Of a stretch of DNA of 64,000 nucleotides, positions 55,085 to 64,000 are shown in pieces. The stretch comes from Candidatus Bathyarchaeota archaeon (GTDB lineage Archaea > Thermoproteota > Bathyarchaeia > Bathyarchaeales > Bathycorpusculaceae), in NCBI GenBank assembly GCA_963780185.1, contig CAWABA010000005.1:96001-160000 (forward strand). The letters are read 5' to 3'. The notes below the pieces were generated by a model. The model did not search any database. It was given only the letters and a program-made list of their open reading frames with translations, and was not told the DNA's origin. Both the position numbers and the translations under genes were made by a program. Within the stretch, counting starts at the first letter, position 1; each line of letters starts with the position of its first letter.

Positions 55085-55462
55085 TCAGCTCACAGCCTTC
55101 TTTACGAGAGCTGATATCTTCGCCTCATCAGCGGCAGTCAACTCTTTCACCGCAAATGACGTTGGCCACATGGTACCTTCGTCAAGATGCGCCTCGTGCA
55201 TGAAGCCGAATGTCGCGTATCTCGTCTTAAATTTTTCTGTGCTTTGGAAGAAACAGACGATCTTGCCATCCTTGGCGTAAGCGGGCATCCCGTACCAGAG
55301 TCTCGGATTAAGCGCCGGTGCACTGGCTTTGATGATAACATGGAGCCTCTCAGCTATAGCGCGATCCGATCCCTGCATTGCGGCGATGTTCGCGAGTACG
55401 GCGCTTTCATCATCCGCCTTCTTTGCCTCCTGCTTGGTTGTCTTTTTGTCCTCGTCAATCAT
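55085..55462 (-). CDS. DUF1801 (YdhG-like) protein
   Basis: [19 protein letters not shown]...RYATFGF...MWPTSFA. Confidence 0.85.
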   Translation of the reverse strand: MIDEDKKTTKQEAKKADDESAVLANIAAMQGSDRAIAERLHVIIKASAPALNPRLWYGMPAYAKDGKIVCFFQSTEKFKTRYATFGFMHEAHLDEGTMWPTSFAVKELTAADEAKISALVKKAVS

Positions 55463-55521
55463 ACAATTAACTCACATTTTGAACTTTATATATTTTTAAA
55501 AACCCCTATGGAAGTCGCGTT

Positions 55522-56888
55522 ATGAGTGCTAATGTTGAGTTTAATATTACAGCGTTTGACCAGGCGTCAAGCGTCTTCGAAGATGTCGGCAGCAGCGCCA
55601 CTGAATGTTTCACAACCGTTGAGTCGGGGGCGTCGCAGGCAGCGGAGAGCGTAGGCTCTTCAAGTACCCAAATCACGTCGGCTGCAGAATCCAGCAGCGG
55701 AGGGTTCACAAAGAACGCGTTAGCCATGAATACCGCTGCGCTTTCAGCCGCGGGACTGGCTATGGGAATCAGCGGCATAGAGAACGCTGAGGTTACACTT
55801 GACCGCGCCCACGTGACTGTTGAGAAAGACACCAACGCCGTCACATCCGCCCAGAACGCCTACAACAAAGCCGTCGCAGAATATGGTCCAAATAGCAAGG
55901 AGGCTCAAGACGCAGCTGACAAGTTGAAGGCAGCCCAAGACGCGTTATCTGTTGCACAAGAAAGAGTCAGTGAAGCCCAACGCAACATGAACAACACCAT
56001 CGTGATGAGTTCGCTGCAAATCATCCCAGGCGTAATCGGCGCCTTCACCAGCCTCAACATGGTTTTCTCAACCTACCCCGCGCTTGCAGGTGCCGTAACA
56101 GCTGCCACAGGGGCAGTCAGCACAGCCATGGATTTCTTAGCAGCCAACCCAATAATCCTCGTAGTCGCCGGCGTAGCCGCCCTTGCAGTTGGACTCTACG
56201 AAGCCTACGAGTACTGTACCCCCTTCCGTGAGGCAATCAACGCGGTCGGCGGCGTGCTTGGAGGCGCTTTCAAAGCCGCGTTAACCGCAGTTTCAGACGC
56301 TCTTCACTTCCTATGGAATGACGTTTTCAAGCCGTTCGGGGAGTTTCTAGCGGCAGTTTTCGTGAGGCTTATTTGAAGCCGCTGGAGGCTGCTTGGAGCC
56401 TTTTAGGGGCGGGGCTTGGCGCTCTTTGGCATGGATTTCTTGAGCCTGTCGCGGAGTTTTTCAAAGGGGTTTTCGCTGAAGCATTCACCTTCGTTATGGC
56501 TCCCATCGAGGCTTTTGAGTCGGCGATAAGCAAGGTCGCAAACGCCGTGAAGCCTCTAACCGACATCGTCGGCGGACTCAGCAACGCACTCAAAAACTTG
56601 TGCTTCGCGCATGCGGCTCCGGCGGCTGAAGAATTCAACAGGCAGGTTTCCAGCAGCATCGAGCTTTCGAACAGTTTGACTCAGAAGCTGGATCCTTTGA
56701 AGCAGGGGTTGTTGGGTGTTTCAGGCAGCGCTGGAAGTGCAAGCGTGAATGGTTTAAACAGCGGAACACAGCACATCACGGTTAACCCAACAATTAACAT
56801 TGGCAAGATCGACAGGACAACAGGTCTGGGGGACGTGATTAACGCGGTCAATCAGGGTACGGCTCAAGCGTTGTCGAGGCGGTTCTGA
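55522..56888 (+). CDS. Short tape-measure-like protein; frameshift near 56370
   Basis: ITAFDQAS start, Ala-rich coiled coil, AANPIILVVAGVAALAVGLY, W/F-periodic helices, ITVNPTINIG tail. Confidence 0.7.
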
Positions 56889-57277
56889 TGAGTTGGCAAA
56901 TATCTTCTGGGCCGACAACGGTTACTTTTCCCGTGAACCCACAGAACATTACGGATGAGAACCCGATTGTTGAATCCGATTTTCAGGTTGAGAGCCAGCA
57001 AAGTGTGGTTGTCAGCGAGGGACTGGATGTGCGCACTCTGACGCTTAAGGGCTTCTTTTACGCGTCTGGACAAACCAAAGCCAACCTTGATACGAACTTT
57101 TGTGGTCCATTGCTGAGCCTAAATCGAAAAGAGGTCGCTCTCAGCAGCCCAACAGCCAGGTACAACGGCAACTGGGTTCTCATTGTTAAGAGCCTCGAGG
57201 AAAAGGCGGAGGGCAACCTGCAACGGTATTCCTACACGCTTGTCTTAAAGCAAGGCGCAACCTTCGTCATCCTATAA
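56888..57277 (+). CDS. Putative tail/baseplate-proximal protein
   Basis: Overlaps the TMP stop; FPVNPQNI...RTLTLKG...YSYTLVL pattern. Confidence 0.5.
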   Translation: MSWQISSGPTTVTFPVNPQNITDENPIVESDFQVESQQSVVVSEGLDVRTLTLKGFFYASGQTKANLDTNFCGPLLSLNRKEVALSSPTARYNGNWVLIVKSLEEKAEGNLQRYSYTLVLKQGATFVIL

Positions 57278-57635
57278 ACCACTCAAGCAGACTTTCGCTC
57301 CGTCTTTACGAATTTTTTCTATTAGAATATAGATTCTCTATTCACAGTTCTCAAATATGCCAAGGGCAATACGTTAAGTGTTAACGTTTGAGGAGATGTC
57401 AGGTTTGGTTGAAGTCGAAATCTTCCTTACGATCAGTTTAGTATACAGCTTATGCGCCTACGTGGCTTACCGTTTCAGAAGCTGAGTACGCCCTTCTAAG
57501 AACGCGCTCAGATGGGCAAGTTAAACTGCGAGGCAGCAGGTTTCGTTTTGCGTTTTTTCTGTCGTTCCTTTTCGTTTGGGTGCTTACTGGGAAACTGGTT
57601 TGTTGTACGAATAGATAGAATCGGATGTGTGAACT

Positions 57636-57820
57636 ATGGTTAGTTGGCAGTTTCAGTACTGGAACGGGTCAGGCTGGGTTAATTTTGCAAACGCGCAAAT
57701 CGACCATATCCTAGAAGAGCTTAGCAGCGTCGGCGGCCAAGAAGAACTCGCCTTCGCCTTGCCTAACACATCGGCGAACCGAACCATCGTGCAAGCTTTG
57801 CCTTACGTGCAGTGCCTCTT
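57636..57820 (+). CDS. N-terminus of a putative minor tail protein, cut at the junction
   Basis: Archaeal-composition ORF that runs into unrelated sequence at ~57821. Confidence 0.45.
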
Positions 57821-57860
57821 CGCAATTTTTATGTACGTCTTCTTCTTCGCTCATTACATG
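57821..57860. other. Chimeric junction, Nanopore-adapter-like
   Basis: GCAAT...ATGTAC...TTCGCTCATTAC resembles ONT adapter AATGTACTTCGTTCAGTTAC; genes on both sides are truncated; GC jumps. Confidence 0.7.
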
Positions 57861-58678
57861 ATGTTGTGCAGGAAGGCGCCGCGCGATTTGACCGCCTTGT
57901 TGACTTCAACGAGGTGCTTGTCGTTGATCCCGGGGATCATCACCGAGTTGACCTTGCACAATATGCCGCGTTCGGTCAGCATTTCGAGGCCGCGCAACTG
58001 GTGATCGGTGAGGATCTGCGCCGCTTCAATGCCGGTGATGCGCTTGTGCTTGTAGAAAATCCACGGATAGATTTTCGCGCCGACTTCCGGATCGACCATG
58101 TTGATGGTGATGGTGACGTGATCGACGTTGAAGCTGGCGATGGTGTCGACATGTTCGGGCAGGGCCAGACCATTGGTCGACAGACACAATTTAATGTCCG
58201 GCGCGGTCTGGGAGATCAGCTCGAAGGTCTTGAACGTCTTGGCCGGATTGGCGAGCGGATCGCCGGGGCCGGCGATGCCGAGCACCGTCATCTGCGGGAT
58301 GGTGCTGGCGACGGCGAGAACCTTTTTCGCCGCCTGTTCCGGCGTCAGCTTTTCGCTGACCACGCCGGGACGCGATTCATTGGCGCAATCATATTTGCGA
58401 TTGCAGTAGTTGCATTGAATGTTGCAGGCGGGCGCCACCGCGACATGCATGCGCGCATAATGGTGGTGCGCTTCTTCGCTGTAGCAGGGATGGTTCTTGA
58501 CCTTGTCCCAGATTTCGGGAGGCATGTCCTCCGGCCCATCGCTGGAGCCGCAGCTTGGCTTGGCGGTTCCGCCAGACGTCGTGCCGCAACCCTTGTGTTC
58601 GGCGACCTGCTGCATGACAGCTTCGAGATCGACTTCGGAGCCCTTGGCGCCGTTTTCATGATGTGCCGATAAATCCAT
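57857..58678 (-). CDS. nifB: NifB radical SAM domain, 3'-truncated at the junction
   Basis: [40 protein letters not shown]. Confidence 0.93.
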
Positions 58679-58713
58679 TTCCGATCCTCGCGTTAATGAC
58701 CTGCGCATAAGTT

Positions 58714-58729
58714 AGCAACGCATATGCCA
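58714..58729 (-). promoter_or_regulatory. Sigma-54 -24/-12 promoter of nifB
   Basis: TGGCATATGCGTTGCT (GG-N10-GC) on the minus strand. Confidence 0.85.
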
Positions 58730-58791
58730 CAAAGAGCGCCAATTATTATTCATTATATTTCAATTGGTTATGCGCTTGTTTAACTCTGTCT

Positions 58792-58846
58792 TGTCGGCTT
58801 GCGCACAGAAAACCGCGGCGGTTTTCTCCCTGTTGCAAAGCCGACA
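58792..58846. promoter_or_regulatory. Two NifA upstream activator sequences
   Basis: TGT-N10-ACA at 58792-58807 and 58831-58846. Confidence 0.8.
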
Positions 58847-58871
58847 CGTCCATTGTCGCAGCGCAAAACGG

Positions 58872-58895
58872 AGAAGGGAGCCGAGGCTCCCTTCT
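58872..58895 (-). terminator. Hairpin terminator after the SIR2-like gene
   Basis: AGAAGGGAGCC-GA-GGCTCCCTTCT inverted repeat. Confidence 0.6.
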
Positions 58896-58921
58896 GATTT
58901 TTCATTGCCCGATCGGAAACG

Positions 58922-59789
58922 TTACCCTGCGATGAGGATTTCGCTGGCGCGCTCCAAAGGCAGGGCGATCGGCACGATATTCTGGGTCGCCAGGAAACGG
59001 CGTTCGTTCAGGGTCAGTTTTTCAGGCTGGACCACCGCGTAATGCGGCGCAGCGGAACGCTTGCTGACTTCCGCGCATAGGTGCGCAGCAATTGATCGTG
59101 GAAGCGACAGCCGATGAACAGGAAGCTGCGCTCGGTGCGGCGATCCTTGACCACGTCGGGGATCGGCGTCTGAATGTCGATCTCGGTCAGCACTTCGACA
59201 TAATCGGCGTCGGAGATGAGGAAGTTTTTGGCCGGATCGACGCCGCCATGCGGCTTGTACAGCACCGTCTTCCAGCCTTCGGCGTCGGCGCGGGTCGCCT
59301 CTCCGCCATTGGCGTCGTAAAAGCGATACCAGCGGTCCTCGCTGAGGCCGGAACGGGTGATGCCCTGGATTTCCCCCAGTCGCTGCGCCCGGCCAGCGCC
59401 TTGCGCGCGCCGCCGTCATACCAGGTATCGACAATCAGCGGCAGCGGCAAAGTCGCCAGATGCTGAAGCAATGGCGTCGGCTCGACTGCCGGCGCGAAAG
59501 CCTCGTTCATGAGCTTGGTCACCGTCGAGCGATGCTTGAAGCTTTCGATATGCTGCGCCGCCGCCCAGGGGTTGCCTTTGGCGCGCCGCGGCAGCGCGAC
59601 CTTGGAGCCGAAATAGGCCGCCAGTTCTTCCGGCGTCATCGGAATCGTCGGCGACGTCAGTTGCGCCAGGCCGGGGCCGATATAGGGAATGATCGTGCCG
59701 CCGCGCAATTGTCGCGCGAGGCCGGCCAGCAGGGTTTCGGCGTCAGTCGGGGACAGGAAGTCCTGATCGAGCAGCGGCGCATTCATCAT
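58922..59789 (-). CDS. nif-associated SIR2-like protein, two frameshifts
   Basis: IIPYIGPG, LIVDTWYD, LYKPHG, SDADYVEVL, FLFIGCRF. Confidence 0.8.
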
Positions 59790-60007
59790 TCAGCCTCCTC
59801 GGCCTCGGCGCGTTTCTTCGCTTCGACGGTAATCGGCAAACGGGTGTCGGCGGCGAGCGCCGGCAGGTCCAGCACCCAGCCATTGGCGATCTTGATCCAG
59901 CCGCCCCACAGGGTTTCGAATTCCGATTCGACGATCGGCTCCTCGAGATCCTTCTTGGGGACATAAATGCTAAGACCGGACTCTCCGCGACGGATCATGA
60001 TCTTCAA
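59786..60007 (-). CDS. nifT: NifT/FixU
   Basis: YVPKKDLEEPIV, WGGWIKIANGW, LPITVEA. Confidence 0.9.
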   Translation of the reverse strand: MKIMIRRGESGLSIYVPKKDLEEPIVESEFETLWGGWIKIANGWVLDLPALAADTRLPITVEAKKRAEAEEAE

Positions 60008-60122
60008 ATTGCAATTCCTTCGATGGCGCCGATTGGCGAATGACGCTCCCCAAAAGCAGGAGAGCAAAGGGCGGCGCCGCGCGGCTTGCCGGCGCGGGAT
60101 TTTGCGAGCCTACCGGCAGGCG

Positions 60123-60317
60123 TCAGGCCTTGACGCAGGTTCCGGGGACCGGGCAAACCTCGTCGCACTTGGCGTGGTCGAAGTGTCCCTCGCATTCCGT
60201 GCACTTCTTGGGGTCGATGATGAAAGTGTCACCCTTCATCTTAATCGCCGCGTTCGGACATTCGAACTCGCAAAGGCTGCAACCGGTGCAGCTTGAAGCG
60301 ATGATCTTGTAGCTCAT
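60123..60317 (-). CDS. fdxN: nif-associated 2[4Fe-4S] ferredoxin
   Basis: [12 protein letters not shown] and CTECEG...CDEVCP. Confidence 0.88.
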   Translation of the reverse strand: MSYKIIASSCTGCSLCEFECPNAAIKMKGDTFIIDPKKCTECEGHFDHAKCDEVCPVPGTCVKA

Positions 60318-60394
60318 CGAAAAATCTCCTCATTCAACCGCGTTCGCGACTTGGACGGGTCGGCCCGTCAGCGCTCGAACGACGCTTTCTGTCG

Positions 60395-60410
60395 AGCAAG
60401 GCTCATGCCA
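60395..60410 (-). promoter_or_regulatory. Sigma-54 promoter of fdxN-nifT
   Basis: TGGCATGAGCCTTGCT on the minus strand. Confidence 0.82.
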
Positions 60411-60501
60411 GCAGCGAAATCGGGTTTTTCTTGAAACCCCGCTCCCGCTTTGCACGTTTCGTAACCGTCCGCGTTTGGATTGCGACAACAGCGGGAGCGA
60501 G

Positions 60502-62200
60502 CTAGAATTTCTTGATCGGGATGCGATGCTTGACGAGCGCATAGGCGATCTGGCGGGGCGTCAGATTGAGCAGGCGCGCGGCCTTGGCCTGCACCCAGCC
60601 GGCTTTTTCCATCGCATCGATGAGCTTTTCGCGCTCCGGCCCGGACCCGCGCCCTCGAACGCCGCCGGAGCGGCTCGGCGGCGCGGCCTCTGGCGGCGCC
60701 GGCGTGTCCGGCATGAAGTCGCGCCACAAGGTGGAGGAGAGACAGGAATCGTCGCTGCAGGCGAAATCCGCATCGCCGATGACGTCGGCATGCGACAGAA
60801 CGGCGGCGCGGCGCACGCAATTTTCCAGCTCACGCACATTGCCGGGAAACCAGCAGCCTTGCAGCCGGCGCAGGGCCGCCGCGGACAGCTCTTTCCGCGC
60901 GCCATTTTCTTCATTGAAGCGGCGGAGGAATTCCTGCGCCAGCAGCCCGATGTCCTCGGGACGGTCGCGCAGCGGCGGCAGCAGGATCGACACGACATTG
61001 ATGCGATAATAGAGATCTGCGCGGAAATCGCCGCGCTCCACCGCCCTCTCGAGATTCCGGTTGGTGGCGAAGACGAAACGCACGTCGACCTTGACCGTCT
61101 GCGATCCGCCGACGCGCTCGAACGCGCCATCCTGCAGGACGCGCAGCAGCTTGGCCTGAAAGGCGGGCGAAATGTCGCCGATCTCGTCGAGGAACAGCGT
61201 GCCTGTGTGGGCGCGTTCGAAACGTCCCTTGTGTTGGCCGCGCGCTCCGGTGAACGAGCCCTTCTCATGACCGAAGAGTTCGGATTCGAGCATGGTTTCC
61301 GTCAGGGCGGCGCAGTTGAGACGGATGAAGGGGTCATTCTTGCGCGGCGACAAATCGTGGATGGCGCGAGCGAATAATTCCTTGCCGGAGCCGGATTCGC
61401 CGCGCAAAAGCACGGTCGTGTGGGTGCGCGCGACGACGTTGATCTGGTTGAACACCGCGCGCATCGCCGGACTGGCGCCGACGATCCCGGTCAGCGCTGC
61501 TCGCCATGCAGGGCTGGTTGTCGCGGCGCCTCCTTTTCCAGCCGACGCTGCTCTTCCATCAGCCTTTCGCGATCGCGCGTGACAATGTCATAGAGACGCA
61601 GGGTCTGGCCGATCATCGCGCCGATCATCGTCAGAAAGCGGGCGTCTTCCTCGCGCGCGGGGTCGCCTTCCGCTGAGGCGCGTTCGACGAGCACGACGCC
61701 GATAACACGGTCCCGCTGCTCGATCGGCGCGCCGATCAGGGCGATCGGCCCCTCGCCCAAGGCGCTCCCGGCCAGCCGGCCAACAGGGGATCTTTCGTCG
61801 CATCGCCGACAATGAAAGCCCGCCTCGTGGCGACAAGGCGTGTGGCCAGGCTTTTGGGCAAGCTCTGGAAATGGGCTTTCGCGTCGCCTTCGCCCCAGCC
61901 GGAGCCGACGGCGGCGGTCGCGCGGCCGGCGTCGTCGATCAGCACGATCAAGCCCCGCCGCATGTCGACGAAGCGCGACAGCGCGGTCAGGACGCTCGAC
62001 AGCACCGCTTCGAGCCGCCCCGGCGACGCCAGGATTTTCGAGATTTCGTAAAGTCCCTGCAGCGCCTTTTCCGCGCGGCCGACGTCGCCGACATCGGGCC
62101 CGGCTCGCGATCCAGACATGACGGCGCAGGGCTTCAAAACCGTTTCCGATCCGATTCCAGCGGATCGGGGATTGGCCATTGATGCGTTACCGTCACGCAA
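60502..62200 (-). CDS. nifA: NifA activator (GAF-AAA+-HTH), split by two frameshifts
   Basis: [41 protein letters not shown] linker, [13 protein letters not shown]. Confidence 0.9.
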
Positions 62201-62573
62201 ACCGATGTTCCACTTCGCTTGAAAAACGCGTCAGACGATCTTCAACGAGTTCGAGCGACACGAAATTGCTGGCCGGCTCCGGCTTGGGCGCCACCGCCTC
62301 CTGGTGCACCTTGAACAGGCGCTCCTGGATCGGCGTGGAGGCGACGAAATCCTGATAGGCCTGTTCGAGATGCTCGCGGCACAAAGCCTTGATCTTCGCG
62401 TCGTCCAGCCCCTCGAATGCGCCGTCGACTTCGCTGCCCTTCAGATATTGTCCCATGCGCCGCAGGATATGCAGACGCGAAACCTGGACCACCGTCGGTT
62501 CGAAAGGCAAGTCGAGATAGTTGAAGAAATCCTCCGCCGAAGACAATCTTCCGAGTTCCTGCAACACGCTCAT
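62193..62573 (-). CDS. nifW: Nitrogenase-stabilising protein NifW
   Basis: LSSAEDFF, RLHILRR, AYQDF, FKVHQ. Confidence 0.9.
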   Translation of the reverse strand: MSVLQELGRLSSAEDFFNYLDLPFEPTVVQVSRLHILRRMGQYLKGSEVDGAFEGLDDAKIKALCREHLEQAYQDFVASTPIQERLFKVHQEAVAPKPEPASNFVSLELVEDRLTRFSSEVEHRFA

Positions 62574-62597
62574 TGATTCAGCCTCTCCATTTGATTT

Positions 62598-63341
62598 TCA
62601 GTCTCCGCCGCCAAATCTCCCGAACGAAGCTTTGGCGCGGCCCTGCATGTGATTGATGCGCGCTTCCAGGAAATCGACGCGGTCGAGCAGGATCGACAGC
62701 ACTTCGCCGACCGGATCGGCGATGAGATGATGATCGAGATTGATGCGCCCCCCGGCCCCGCCGCGCCGCAAGGGTTCGCGCACGATCCGCGCCGGAATGC
62801 CGACCGCCGTCACGCCCGGCGGCACATCCTCGACAACCACCGAATTGGCGCCGATCCGGGCGCCGGCCCCGACCTTGATCGGGCCGAGGATTTTCGCGCC
62901 CGCCCCCACGAGCACGCCGTCCTCGATGGTCGGATGGCGCTTGCCCGCCGACCAGCTGACGCCCCCCAGCGTGACGCCATGATAAAGCGTCACATTGTCG
63001 CCGACTTCCGCCGTCTCGCCGATCACCACGCCCGCGCCGTGATCGATGAAAAAATTGCGGCCGATGGTGGCGCCGGGATGAATGTCGACATTGGTCGCCA
63101 ACCGCGCGAACCACGACAGAAACCGCGCCGGGAATTTGAAACCGGAGCGCCAGAGCCTGTTGGCGAGGCGATGCCAGATGATGGCGTGCACGCCCGGATA
63201 GGTCAGCAGGATTTCAACGACATTGCGCGCCGCGGGGTCGCGCGCCTTGACGCAACCGACATCGTCGCGCCACAGGCGCCACAGGCCGGGAAGCGCCGGT
63301 CTGGCGGCGTTTCCTTCGATGGGCGCGGCGGCAGTCGTCAT
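62598..63341 (-). CDS. cysE: Serine O-acetyltransferase (nifP-type)
   Basis: [27 protein letters not shown]. Confidence 0.93.
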   Translation of the reverse strand: MTTAAAPIEGNAARPALPGLWRLWRDDVGCVKARDPAARNVVEILLTYPGVHAIIWHRLANRLWRSGFKFPARFLSWFARLATNVDIHPGATIGRNFFIDHGAGVVIGETAEVGDNVTLYHGVTLGGVSWSAGKRHPTIEDGVLVGAGAKILGPIKVGAGARIGANSVVVEDVPPGVTAVGIPARIVREPLRRGGAGGRINLDHHLIADPVGEVLSILLDRVDFLEARINHMQGRAKASFGRFGGGD

Positions 63342-63378
63342 GGCGTGAGCCTCGGAGCCTGATCCCGGAAAATTTAAG

Positions 63379-63669
63379 TCAGTGGCCGGGCTTGAAGCCC
63401 ATGGGCACGGGAATGACGCGGACGAATTCGCCGAGCTTTTCGATCATCTTGGCCTGAATGCCTTCCAGCGTCGCGCTGGCCAGCTTGCAGAACACGCAGG
63501 CGCCCGTGAGACGCACATTGATCTTGTTGCCGTCGACCGAGATCAACTGGCAGTCGCCGCCATCCCGAACGAGATTGGGGCGGACCTCATCGATAACCTC
63601 GTTGATCAGCTGGAGACGCTGGGCTTCCGACGTCGTGGCGGCTTTGGTTTCCAACACTTGAGTCTGCAT
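63379..63669 (-). CDS. NifU C-terminal (Nfu) domain protein
   Basis: [17 protein letters not shown]. Confidence 0.85.
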   Translation of the reverse strand: MQTQVLETKAATTSEAQRLQLINEVIDEVRPNLVRDGGDCQLISVDGNKINVRLTGACVFCKLASATLEGIQAKMIEKLGEFVRVIPVPMGFKPGH

Positions 63670-63725
63670 GGTTTCGCCTCGTCAAATAGAAAAAGTTAAC
63701 GCCGAAAAACTCAACCCAAGCTGAC

Positions 63726-64000
63726 TTAGCCAAAACTCTTGCCGCAGGAGCAGGAGTGGGTCGCGTTGGGATTGTCGAAAGTGAAGCCGGCGCCTTCGAT
63801 AGCGACGACGAAATCAATGGTGATCCCGGCCAGAAGCTCGCGGCTGCCCAATTCGACGAAGACCTTGACGCCGTCGCGCTCGACCACGTCGTCATGCTCA
63901 TCGGCGGTCTTGACCAGACCCATCAGATATTTGTTGCCGGCGCAGCCGCCCGTCTCGACTTTGAGGCGCAAGCCCTCGACGGGCTCGGACGCGCCCTTGA
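63726..64000 (-). CDS. iscA: HesB/IscA Fe-S assembly protein (5' end outside the window)
   Basis: GGCAG, FDNPNA, CSCGKSF. Confidence 0.9.
   Translation of the reverse strand, partial: KGASEPVEGLRLKVETGGCAGNKYLMGLVKTADEHDDVVERDGVKVFVELGSRELLAGITIDFVVAIEGAGFTFDNPNATHSCSCGKSFG

Noticed and set aside
57812-63699. Long + strand ORFs in the high-GC part
   Set aside because: Antisense shadows of nif genes, expected at high GC
57857-64000. Horizontal transfer of nif genes into an archaeon
   Set aside because: Mid-gene truncation on both sides, an adapter-like linker and bacterial sigma-54 regulation point to a chimera

Overview
Positions 1 to ~57,820 look like an archaeal chromosome, most plausibly Bathyarchaeia. 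The basis is archaeal r-proteins S4e/L32e/L19e, Rpp29, a PQQ-like beta-propeller surface protein and typical C-terminally anchored surface proteins. This part carries a GT2, an acyl-CoA ligase, hypF/C/D/E and the rpl22-rpl30...rpl15-secY cluster. Head-tail virus genes are scattered within and beyond that cluster: two terminase large subunits, a divergent RHH regulator pair, four related tail-fibre-like cassettes each closed by a paralogous ~60-aa coiled-coil gene, and tape-measure/tail genes. The best candidate for a new system is in the first fibre cassette (34.7-40.1 kb). It encodes a protein with ~50 aromatic-X-Asp/Asn (HxD/YxD/FxD) motifs, followed by a Pol-beta nucleotidyltransferase, a radical SAM/SPASM enzyme and a Cys-motif protein. 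This suggests triceptide-like poly-cyclophane modification of a virion-associated protein. Four TTGACT-N6-AGTCAA multi-box sites border surface-protein genes and may be cassette recombination sites. From ~57,857 the sequence switches abruptly to a high-GC alphaproteobacterial nif cluster (nifB', SIR2-like, nifT, fdxN, nifA, nifW, cysE, nifU-like, iscA). The junction resembles a Nanopore adapter, so this is most likely a chimera. The many frameshifts are probably long-read errors.
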